A stretch of DNA of 64,000 nucleotides from NCBI RefSeq assembly GCF_006345805.1, contig NC_043004.1, forward strand, positions 83,948,001 through 84,012,000. The letters are read 5' to 3'. The translations under genes and the position numbers were made by a program. This document shows positions 53,456 to 64,000 of this stretch, piece by piece. Source of the DNA: Octopus sinensis. Taxonomy: Eukaryota. How positions within the stretch are numbered: the stretch's first letter is position 1; each line of letters begins with the position of its first letter. The notes under the pieces are model-generated. The model was not told the origin of the DNA, searched no databases, and saw nothing but the letters and a program-made list of their open reading frames with translations.

Positions 53456-53575
53456 TGCAATCATTCGAACAGGAACAGTCATAATATATATGTAGTGACA
53501 CATGATATATATTTTCATTAAAGCTGGGGGATTATAATTTGACATTCTCATTTCGTATATTATACCAACATCCTG

Positions 53576-53617
<42 letters not shown>

Positions 53618-53768
53618 CAAGATTAGTTTAGTGAGCAGATATATATATAATCAACTTTAGCCAATATACTAGAGTCTCGTTTCACCCAGTAAATGAGTTT
53701 TAAGTTTAGTAGAATGGCATCAACAAGTTTTAATTTCGTTGCAGTGTTATCATTATATCGTCAACCGA

Positions 53769-54315
53769 AGGCGGCGAGCTTACAGAAATATTAACACGCT
53801 GGGCGAAATGCTTAGTGCTATTTTTTCTGCCGCTACCTTCCGAGTTCAAATGACGCCAAGGTCGACTGCTCTTATGCTCTGAGTTCTAATTCCACCTAGG
53901 TCAACTTTTCCTTTCATCCTTTCGGGGTCGATAAAGTAAGTAAAAGTTGCGTACTGGGGTTTTCATTTCATTTCATTTCATTTCATTTCATTTCATTTGA
54001 GTTTGAGTCCATGCTCAGGCCAAGTCGAAGACTCCACCCTCAGAGTCTGGTGTGGTTGCCAGGTTGTATTCTCTGTTTAATTTTAAACATGTGTAGGAGC
54101 GAGTTTGAGTCAGTTTGTGCTCGTTGTGTATATCCTGGGAGATGGGGTTCATCTCTAATGGTGCTTAAGTATCTATCCAGCTGCAATTTGAATGATTCCA
54201 CACTGCATCCTAATAGATTTCTGACATGTACCGGAATAGAGTTGAATAGTTGGATCTAATCGACGGCCCCACTTCCCCCAAAATTTCAGGCTTTGCGCCT
54301 AGAGTAGAAAGGATA
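53769..54315 (+). mobile_element. Family B SINE split by a LINE 3' fragment
   Basis: The SINE runs to gtactggggt (53960) and resumes at gatctaatcgac (about 54253), ending agtagaaagg. Confidence 0.75.
53961..54255 (-). mobile_element. 3' end of a CR1/L2-group LINE with an (AAATG)n tail
   Basis: Minus-strand translation IQLFNSIPVHVRNLLGCSVESFKLQLDRYLSTIRDEP...SNSL is homologous to the C-terminus at 27454-27771. Confidence 0.8.
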
Positions 54316-54458
54316 ATATCTTCATCGGCTGGTATTAAAAAACATTTAAAAATTTGTGTGGGCGACATTTAATAAGGAAATGTATTATAAAATGTATTAT
54401 TTTGCCACGAGAAATCTTAGCCATTGCTTTCATTGCACCCTATAAGATGTTAATTCTG

Positions 54459-54875
54459 AGATCTTTTCGGTTTGAATGGCAATTTTTTCTAGCGGTATCA
54501 TATGAAATTTTCTCTCATAATTATGACTCTAGTATCGATCTATTGCATTTCAATCTGTTTTAGAGTTAGGGTTAGTTAGGGTTAGGGGGGTATCGTTTTT
54601 CTTCACAAATGTAAATAAACCCAACCAGTTTCTTAAAAGAGGTACATATTCATACGGCACAGAATGTTTTTCGCCTCAATAGACGTCATTGATTGTTTGA
54701 AATTGCAGAAATTGAAGAAAAAAACAACAAATATCTTACAAACTATAGAATTTTCTCAATAAAGCCAAAAGAAAAATATATTTTATAAACACATTCTACC
54801 AGTATACAAAGTTTAAAAGTGTTTAGTTACGTGGAAATTATTTAAAAAAAACTGTCGTTCAAACCGAAAAGATCC
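54459..54875. mobile_element. MITE copy 2, inverted relative to 22748-23166, with an exact 8-bp TSD
   Basis: TIRs AGATCTTTTCGGTTTGAATGGCA / TGTCGTTCAAACCGAAAAGATCC; TAATTCTG at 54451-58 and 54876-83. Confidence 0.92.
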
Positions 54876-55419
54876 TAATTCTGTTTTTTTTTACATTATG
54901 TTACACCGATAAGATGATTTTTGAAATTATTTTTAAGAACGATTCTATCGACATGTATAATGGGGCTTGTAGGTCGTCCTATTGGTGCAAATAAATACAC
55001 ATTTACTATAAGGATTATCACTTTACTATTTATAATTTAAATTGTTAACTTGTAACAGTTTTCACCTTTTGCTAGCATATTTATCGAGCATTTTATTAAT
55101 TGGTGAATGTATCTTAATTTAATGTGTCACTTGCTATTGTGTGCTGAACTAATTTACTGCATGGTATTAGCGATATACCAGCGCTAATTATGGGAATCAA
55201 CAATTATCTCTGCCTGATTATTACGAACGATGAAAATATAAATATATAATTTATTATTTCAACATAAGCATTTCTAATCTGTAATTTGCTTTTGTTGCTG
55301 TCCAAAATTATAATCTCCAGAGGCATTCATTAGTGTGTATTACAGTTAATGATTCATTCGCGATTGAATAATTATCTTTACAGTTCATACTAACACAAGG
55401 GAATATAGAGCAGCGTAGA

Positions 55420-55924
55420 GGCGCGTGGCTTAGTGGTTAGGGTGTCGAACTCATGATCGTTAGGTTGTGGTTTCGATTCCTGGATCGCGCGGTGCGTTGT
55501 GTTCTTGAGCAAAACACATCATTTTCACGTTGCTCCAGTCTACTCAGCTGGCAAAAATGAGTAATCCTGCGACGGACCGGCGTCCCGTCCAGGTGTGGAA
55601 TTTCTGTGCCATTGAAACTGGGAAACATTTATTCTGAGGCGCAATGGCCCAGTGGTTAGGGTAGCAGACTCGCTGTCGGGGGATCGCGGTTTCAATTCCC
55701 AGACCGGGCGTTCTGTGTGTTTATTGAGCGAAAATACCTAAAGTTCCACGAGGCTCCGGTACAGGGTGGTGGCGAACCCTGTGGTACTCTTTCGCCCCAA
55801 ATTTCTGTTCCTTAGGTAACGCTGCGATGGACTGGCGTCCCGTCCAGCTGGGGGGAACACATATGCCACAGAAACCGGGAAACCGGGCCCATGATCCTGG
55901 TTAGGCTTGTAAAGGGCGCAAAAA
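55420..55924 (+). mobile_element. Two adjacent tRNA-derived SINEs of family C (55420-55627 and 55637-55924)
   Basis: A-boxes tggcttagtgg and tggcccagtgg; B-boxes gtttcgattcc and gtttcaattcc; shared ctgcgaYggacYggcgtcccgtccag...gaaacYgggaaac body. Confidence 0.85.
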
Positions 55925-56111
55925 ATATATCGCAGCGGCATTATTATAAGAGAAGTAGACACATGTGAATGAGTGTACTTAAGCAGTGTAACGATTTTTT
56001 ATTGAATGTATTTAGTGATAGCCAGATACAATTGGTTAGCTGTCATACTAATCAGAATGACAAGGCAATACATAAATCATTGCATGAACTTTGTCGATAG
56101 GAAAATACATA

Positions 56112-56330
56112 TTCTTTTATTTGTTTCTGTGATTTGACTGCGGCCATGCTGGAGCACCGACTTTAGTCCAGCAAATCGACTTATTCATTGTACGCCTAGT
56201 ACTTATTCTATCGGAGTATTTTACTGAACTGCTAATGTTACGAGTAAGTAAACACTCCAGCATCGGTTGTCAAACGATGTTGTGTAGAACAAACACAGAC
56301 ACACAAACATATATATACACACACGCATAA

Positions 56331-56374
<44 letters not shown>

Positions 56375-56545
56375 AATTATACGACGGGCTTCTTTCAGTT
56401 TCCATCTACCAAATCCACTAATAAGGATGCAATAGACCCGCGGCTATTGAAGAAGACACTTGTCTAAGGTGCCACGCAGTAGGACTGAACCAGAAACCAT
56501 GTGGTTGCTACTCAAGCTACTTATCACACAGCCACTCCAACGCCC
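56112..56545 (-). mobile_element. Full-length family A SINE
   Basis: Collinear with 11135-11545. Confidence 0.88.
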
Positions 56546-58173
56546 ATAGACCTAGAATATAAAGTCTAAAAAATAATGCTGGACATTCTCTCTAACATCG
56601 CCCGGTTTTGTGAAGACTATAACCGTTATGGACAGAGTAAACATCTCCTCTGTAATGCTTTTTGCTACAGCATCCTACTTCCTCGACTTTACTGCTACGA
56701 TATGGAAAGCATGCATAATTATGAAACTTGGATCCTATACCAAAATATAGGGAGTTAGATTATCGTAGTCGTTCGGTAAGAGAACTTTCAGAATTGGATA
56801 ATTTTCGTCTGCGTAAAATATAGGTCTGTATAAATTATCAACTAAATCTATTGTGGAAATATGTTGGCTACTTGGGAGATAATTATAGCATATATTACAA
56901 TATCTCTAAGCATATTGATATCCTATTAGAATTACGAAAGGAAATTTCTAATTGCAGCACAAATATATTTGTAATTAATCATTAATATAATACCGTAGCA
57001 ATAGTTACAAGGCAATGTATTTCTGATGCCCCCCAATACACAAATATTTAAAAACTAAAGCAGTTAACGACGATGCGATTTCCATGTTTCACATGATAAT
57101 TATAGTGTACAGGTTATGATATTTCCGCTGTTTATATAACATAGTTTTCATAATTGTCCATTGTTGTCGAAATATTTTTGCATTGAATATTTTTCTTACA
57201 TCTTATGCATTTGAAGACATATGCAAGTGTTTTTTTTTTTATATTTGTTACTTTCCTAGTGAACGAGATGAGTTTTAAAAGATTACAGTTTTATTTTAAA
57301 TTAGATTATTTCGAGACGTGTATCTTTGCAAACTAAAATTACTTATAAATCAAAGCGGATTTCCACTAATACTAAATGAACGAAATACGGTGCACTGTAT
57401 TTTTGATGCATTGATAAAGCTGTTTTCTTGTTACTGCTGGTGTATTCGTTGTTATTTAAACCAATTACATCAACCTACCTTTTCATCAGAGATATCCCGA
57501 TTGTTCTGCTTTTATTCCGATATTGTAATCTGCGAATATATTCACCAATACAATGTACGTTTTTTTCTAAAGGATAGTATGTTATTTGATGGACATTCTG
57601 CTCATATTTTTAGCAGGCCATTCGACCGCATAGAAGTATACCCATTGGCTCCTTGGAGTGTGCACATGTAATTGACAGGTGTAAGTATATATGATCGTTA
57701 CATCTTATAAAAGAAACTTACTTTACCGAACCCATTATATCAGTTACACTCCACTAACTCGACCGACTTCACTTCTATGTTTCAACGGCGAAAGATATAT
57801 TGAATGAGTAACGGTATATTCATTAATGACTTCTCAAGTGTGAACATGTTAGATCAATATTCTAGTTTACTACTGGAAAGTAGTGACTGGTTTACTACTA
57901 GAATGTAAGTGATCTTTTCTATTTTGAAGTTTTATCGAGATGTTTTTTAACATTTGTGATAGTGTAAGATATAAATAATTTTATTTCTTTTTCAGAGTAC
58001 TCTGATTCGAAAGTATAGTGAAGTTGTGTGTTTTTATGCGAACCGTTATACAATTGTTCGTTGAACTCTCTCAGTGCAAAGCATGAAATAATGGTGGAAC
58101 TATTTATTTGTCGTCAACTGACAGACTAATATAGAAACACACGCAGAGCCACACATACACGCGCGATCGCATA

Positions 58174-58174
<1 letters not shown>

Positions 58175-58251
<77 letters not shown>

Positions 58252-58412
58252 ATCTCTCTCTCTCTCTCACTCTATCTCTCACCACACACGTATATGTATA
58301 TACATATATACATACGTACATACATATATACATACATACGTATATATATATATATACATACGTATATACATACATACATACATACATACATAATACATAC
58401 ATACATAAATAC

Positions 58413-58471
<59 letters not shown>

Positions 58472-58520
58472 CATACATACATACATACATACATACATAC
58501 ATACATACATACATACATAC
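58175..58520. repeat. (TA)n/(TACA)n microsatellite
   Basis: Seen directly. Confidence 0.95.
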
Positions 58521-59309
58521 TTATACACATATGGCCAATAATAACAAGTCAAGATGAAAGATCAAAAACTTTTGCAAGCTGATAAATTTCCAATGAATCT
58601 TATTAGTTGGACGCACGTGGCTAGAGAAAGCGTTAATGGTTGCGCTGTATAGTCATTATCCATCTCCAGATGCTGGTAAAATAGATAAAAAAAAACTCGA
58701 AAGGAGAAAGTGACAAGGAATACAAAAAAAAAGGAGAAAATCTAAGCTCGAAAAATCATGTTGTTTTAGAATGATGTTTAACCGCTGCATGAACGGAAAT
58801 AATGGATAGACTAAAACGGGTGTTACTTAGAAAGAGATTGATTAGGGCACGCATGTTTGAGATTGCTTGGTGCATCTGTGTGTGAGTCCGTGTGAGTATG
58901 TATCCATGTACGTGTGTGTACTATGTTTGAGAACTATAAAAAAGCATTTTTGTTTATGCGCTGCTTTTGTATCTTGTGCTATGATTTTAGAAATCTGTAT
59001 CTCAGTTTATTTGCGTGGATCTGTTTACTGTCCAATTACAGGTGCATTTCGACGTACTTTTGGTTGTGATAATAAAGAAATATTTCTGGTTGTTATATTG
59101 GACTGTGTGTGTCCCTTTATGATTGTGTGCTACTGACTAATAAATGAAATGATTATAGCTTATAGTGATTACCTACACCAGTAATACGCACAGGTCTGTG
59201 TCCGTGTGAATATTAGAGGAATGTGTGTCTTTCTGTAAAGTCAGTGTATGTGTTCATGTATTTGATACATAGTTTCTTGTATATAGTGTTCGTGTATTTG
59301 ATATATAGA

Positions 59310-61710
59310 GGAGACATATCAGGAGCTACAATGTAGGTATAGGATAATGAAAATAGGGCTATATGCACTTCTTGAGCTCAAAAAAAGGTTGTAGAATAAA
59401 GCGACAAATATCAAGGGATATGATCAAAGACTTGAACGATATAAAATCAACAGATCGTTCCATGAAGACCAAAATAGTGTTTATCAAGGACTAAATGGAG
59501 AGTTTAACTGCAGTGAGAGACCGGACAATGAAGGAAGTAACAGATTTGAGAGTAACATCTGGGTTAATGTAAGAAAGCATAACAAAGATGATATAAAGAT
59601 TGAAATATTAACCGAACAAAGATGCCAATCTGGAAATGGCCAGGACCGAATTGGATACAAGGATATCGGGTGAAAAAGCCTCCAGTACTACACAAGACTA
59701 TCCACGCAAACTGATAAAAAGATCAACAAAGGTGTACAAATCCCGAAGTGGCTGACCAAAGGTAAAACAATACTTTACCAAAAGTATCGCAGCAAAGGCA
59801 ATGCAGTGGATAATTACCAGCGATTCTACTGCCTACCTTTAATGTGGAAGCTCATGAGAGGAATAATATCTAATTAGCTGTATAACGTCCTGAAAATGAA
59901 CGACAAATTGCCAGTGATACAAAAAGGGTGCAGAAGGAAAAGCCGAGGAACAAAAGGCCAACTTCTGGTAGACGGAACGTTATTGAATGACTGCAAGAAA
60001 AATCTTACTAAACTAGGCAGTGTGTGGATCGATCATAAGAAAGCGTATGACATAGTCCCCCCGTTCCTGGATTTTAGATATCTTGAGCTGGTGACAGTGT
60101 CTGCTAACATCATTTTTTTTCTAGGAGATCAATGAAGAGCTGGAATGCAAAGCTAAATTCACGTCGAACATTTTTGGTACCGGTTAACATAAACAGAGGA
60201 ATATTTCAAGGAGACAGCCTATCACCATTGCTGTTTGTGATTTATATAATATCCCTCGCATAGATGCTACGGGAAGTGACATCGGGATACAACTTGACAA
60301 GTGGAGGAAAATTTAATCACCTGTTATATATGGATGATAACAAGAGCTTTGCAAGGACCGAACGGAAAATAAATGACCGATTTTGAACTGTGCAGATATT
60401 CAGCAAGGATATCGGAACCGAATTACGGACTAAAAATTGTGCCATGCTTAAATACAAAGAGGCAAAATAGTGTCGTCTGATAGTGTTGTGCTGCCCAACG
60501 ACGACAAACTCAAGGATATTGAAATTAATTGATATATGGAGATTTTAAAATACGACAAAATCAAGGAAAATGAAGTGAAAGAAAGCTTTAGGCGAGGATA
60601 TCTCAGAAGAACCCAGTTAATTATAGGAAGTAGACTCGATGTAAAAAGTAAAATCAGAGCAATTAACACATTGGCTGTTTCCTTAATGCTATATGGCTTA
60701 ATGCGAGCTTGCTGAAATAGACAGGAAAACTAGGAGTATGATGACAATTAACAAGGCACTGCACCCTAAAATCGATACAGAATGTATGTGTCCAGAAACA
60801 GGGGTGGAAGAGGTCTCATAGGATGCAAAATCTATGTTGTCAACGAGAATATTCTGGGATGGTACATGAAACAGGAGGGTGAATCATTGCTTGCCGCTGT
60901 AAGAATTAACATTATAATACTAAACGAAAATACGATGCACCCAAAAACATTTAAGAAACAAGGAAAATAAGAAAGAGTAAACTACTGGAAAATGAAAGCA
61001 CTGCATGGGCAATATCTCAGACAAATAGAAGGAAATGACAAGATCAAAACTTGGAGACAGCTAACAAAAACTGATCTACAAGGTTGCACTGAGGCATTGG
61101 TGTGCAGGATCCAGGAACAATCACTTAAAACTAATTGCACCAAGTTCCGAATAGATAAGAATAGCGAATCGTCCAATTGCAGGATGCGTGGCAGCAGTAA
61201 CGCATTCTTAGTGTAGCTATCTGACCCAAACGCACTACAAAAGGAGGCACGATTACGTGGTTAAGTTCGCTATGTGAAAAGTACGGCCTGAACAGAGCAC
61301 GCAAATGGTACAAACATGAACCAGAAGGAGTCAACGAGAACAAGGAACATATGATACTGTGGGATTTTACAATCAAATGTGATTCGCTAATCGAGGCTCG
61401 GTGACCAGATATTGTTGAGATAGAAAAACAAATAAAAGGAAACCGAAAACAAAGATAATTCAATGCACTTGTAAGTGACAAAGAACAAGGAAATATAGAA
61501 AACCAGACATTACAAAAAAAAAAAAGGAAATTGCACGAATGAGGACTATGAGAAGAGTGTATGTCAAGCCAGTAGTTGTAGGAACACTAGAAGAACTAAG
61601 AACTAATTTCGGGAAATATGTCGAGAGAAATCGGAACTGACATGAGAGCAGAGAAAGCCCAAAAATCCACTGTGATGTGGATAGGTAAGCATTTGAGATT
61701 GGTTCTTAGA
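59310..61710 (+). mobile_element. Decayed R4/Dong-like LINE (RT plus RLE)
   Basis: [91 protein letters not shown]. Confidence 0.9.
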
Positions 61711-62194
61711 TGTCGAATGTCTCCCATGATAATCAGCAGTCGAGTATCAAAGTTGATAATGGGCACAGAGATATCCCATAACACCACAGAATTATCCAGA
61801 ACAAACAAAACGGAAAGATTTGAGAAGTAAAACAAAATAATAACAATAAAGATGATTTAAAATGTTTGCCCCAAAGGAATCCTAGGGGAGGAGGTCGATT
61901 TCATTGACCCCAATGTGTAAAGGACACTTATTTAACCGAATCCGAAAGAATGTAACGAACTCGCAGGGATTGAAACAAAGAACGCAGCGACAGACGATAT
62001 ACCATAAATCATTTCTTGTGCACTTTTCATTAAGTGCACCAGAGTTATAATTTTCCCTATTAAGGTGTCTGCATATACATATACATATATATATATATGT
62101 TGTATGTGGATGTATGTATGTATGTATGTATGTATGTATGTATGTATGTATATATGTATGTATATATGTATGTATATATGTATGTATACATGTA

Positions 62195-62255
62195 TTGATT
62201 GATTGATTGATTGATTCCAGTTTCAGCTTATGAGCTGTGGCCATGCTGGGGCACC
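62195..62255 (-). mobile_element. Very short LINE 3' end with an (AATC)n tail
   Basis: Minus strand gtgccccagcatggccacagctcataagctgaaac matches the 3' UTR at 27400-27440. Confidence 0.7.
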
Positions 62256-62288
62256 TTGATTTTGTCGTATTTTAAAATCTCCATATTC

Positions 62289-62936
62289 AATATAAGCCGC
62301 CGATTCCATTACGGAATTAACCAGAAAATTCATAATTAATCAATATAGGGTGGCAAAAAAAATTTTGTAGAATTTTTTTGCCACCAGCGGCCTAGTGGGA
62401 AAAAATTAAATAGTCATAGACCATTTTTAAGTTCAACATTTTAAGTTCTAGTGGGTGAATGGCCTATTATGGCCGTTCCTTGATTATATTTATTTGCTGC
62501 CGATAAATTTGGCGCGAGTGCGATGATTTGAAAATTTTAGGTCAGATATTGCCGAGGCAGGGACGGGAATGCCTCGTGAAAAATATCTGTACCGACTTGG
62601 CTATTTCTTACTGATGAATCTAAGGGCCTATGGTAGATTGGCTTGATTTAATTTAATCAGGTTAGTTTACCATTAAACAGTAGATGAAACGGTGCATCGT
62701 ATAAGAAATTACAGGGTAAATGTTTTTTTAATTTTCTCCTGGTTTACGGAATTGATGTTATTTTGCGGTTGAAGCTTTTGGCTGTTATTTCTAGTGGGTG
62801 AATGGCCTATTATGGCCGTTCCTTGATTGTGATGTTGAACTTAAAAATGGTCTATGACTATTTAATTTTTTTCCACTAGGCCGCTGGTGGCAAAAAAATT
62901 CTACAAAATTTTTTTTGCGACCCTATATTGATTAAT

Positions 62937-62939
<3 letters not shown>
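62289..62939. mobile_element. Second, rearranged copy of the 488-bp retrozyme-like family
   Basis: 62289-62439 is antisense; 62446-62485 and 62484-62939 are sense segments. Near-identical to the 9.3-11.0 kb array; ends in (TA)n. Confidence 0.9.
62603..62709 (+). ncRNA. Type I hammerhead ribozyme, copy 4
   Basis: ATTTCTTA-CTGATGA(62611-17)-ATCTA...TAGAT-GAAA-CGGTGCATCG-TA^TAAGAAAT; predicted cleavage after A62701. Confidence 0.9.
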
Positions 62940-62969
<30 letters not shown>

Positions 62970-63020
62970 GTTGTATACATGTATATATACCTATGAATTT
63001 ATATGTATATATTATACAAA

Positions 63021-63074
<54 letters not shown>

Positions 63075-63426
63075 AAGAGAGAGAAAGAGAAAGAGAGAGA
63101 GAGAGAAAGAGAGAGAGAGATACATAGATAGATCCATGTATATTTGAAAAAGGAGAAAAATGTATATATATCTCACGTGTACACATACACATATACGGAA
63201 TATGATTTTAACATAATAGCTGAAGCTGACAGTTGTTGAGCAGTCTGAATGTCAATATTTCAATTATCATCTTTTAATTTAAAGCTAATTATTTTAATAT
63301 GTATGTCACTATATGACATATGAAATAATTCTCTGTATGTATGTGTTCATGCTTGTCAAAACGTATAGATGGATACGAGCATACATATAGTTATGTGCTT
63401 ATATATGTTTCTAGGTATACATGAAT

Positions 63427-63464
<38 letters not shown>

Positions 63465-63465
63465 A

Positions 63466-63615
63466 ATGTAGTGGTAAGTATTTTGCTTAAAAACGATTCT
63501 CCAGGGATCAGTCCCAGTGCGCGGAAACTTGGGCAAGTGTGTTCTACTATAGGTTCGGGCCGACCAAAGACTTGTAAGTGGATTTGGTAGACGGAAGCTG
63601 AAAGAAGACCGTCTT
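63466..63615 (+). mobile_element. 5' half of a family A SINE
   Basis: gtggtaag...ggatcagtccca...ttgggcaagtgtgttctactatag...gtggatttggtagacggaagctgaaagaag. Confidence 0.8.
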
Positions 63616-63641
63616 ATATATACATACATACATACATACAA

Positions 63642-63960
63642 TGACACCTCCTTCTATTCCCCTCTGCCCTCTAACCCCACACGTAGCTACCAACAGACGG
63701 TATCCTCTACTGTCCGCGACCTCATCTCGTCCTCCCGTGTCCCCCGCACCGCATCCAACCTAATTGTGCGAACCCCACGTACCCCACCATTTACTTCCTC
63801 CCCAAAATCCACAAACCCAACAACCCTGGCCGCCCCATCGTCTCCGCCTGTAACTGCCCCACGGAGCTCATCTCTAAATACCTTGACCGTGTCCTTGCCC
63901 CCCTAGTGACATCTCTTCCCTCCCACATCCACGATACCAACCATGCTCTCCGGCTTTTCA
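63642..63960 (+). mobile_element. Penelope-like element reverse transcriptase fragment (one frameshift)
   Basis: DTSFYSPL...TPRTP / [48 protein letters not shown]; the Y.LPKIHK..RPIVS motif is typical of PLE RTs. Confidence 0.88.
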
Positions 63961-64000
63961 AATCTATGGCTCACCACTTCACCCTACGTGGATACCCCCT

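Noticed and set aside
55420-55500. tRNA genes at SINE heads
   Set aside because: A and B boxes are present, but there is no complete cloverleaf and each head continues into a SINE body.

Overview
This is AT-rich eukaryotic non-coding DNA (intergenic or intronic), dense in microsatellites and retroposons. The SINE families and repeat landscape look like a cephalopod (Octopus) genome; that is an inference from recall, not a search. I can support no host protein-coding exon, and almost all six-frame ORFs are microsatellite artefacts. Recognisable content: one near-intact APE-RT LINE of the CR1/L2 group (27.4-30.9 kb, minus strand, CCCH-finger ORF1 remnant), about eight decayed R4/Dong-type (RLE) LINE fragments, three tRNA-derived SINE families, a decayed mariner, two copies of a TIR MITE (one with an exact 8-bp TSD), a fold-back element and Penelope-like fragments. 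The main finding is a family of about 480-nt, highly structured, non-coding tandem repeats at three loci (9.3-11.0, 26.7-27.4 and 62.3-62.9 kb). Each unit carries a type I hammerhead ribozyme with a palindromic, loop-less stem III and an unusually long stem II. Two diverged subfamilies show compensatory changes in all three core helices. Copies are permuted, two of the three loci are longer than one unit, and two contain inversions, as expected for a retrozyme-like circular RNA that is reverse-transcribed into (TA)n sites.
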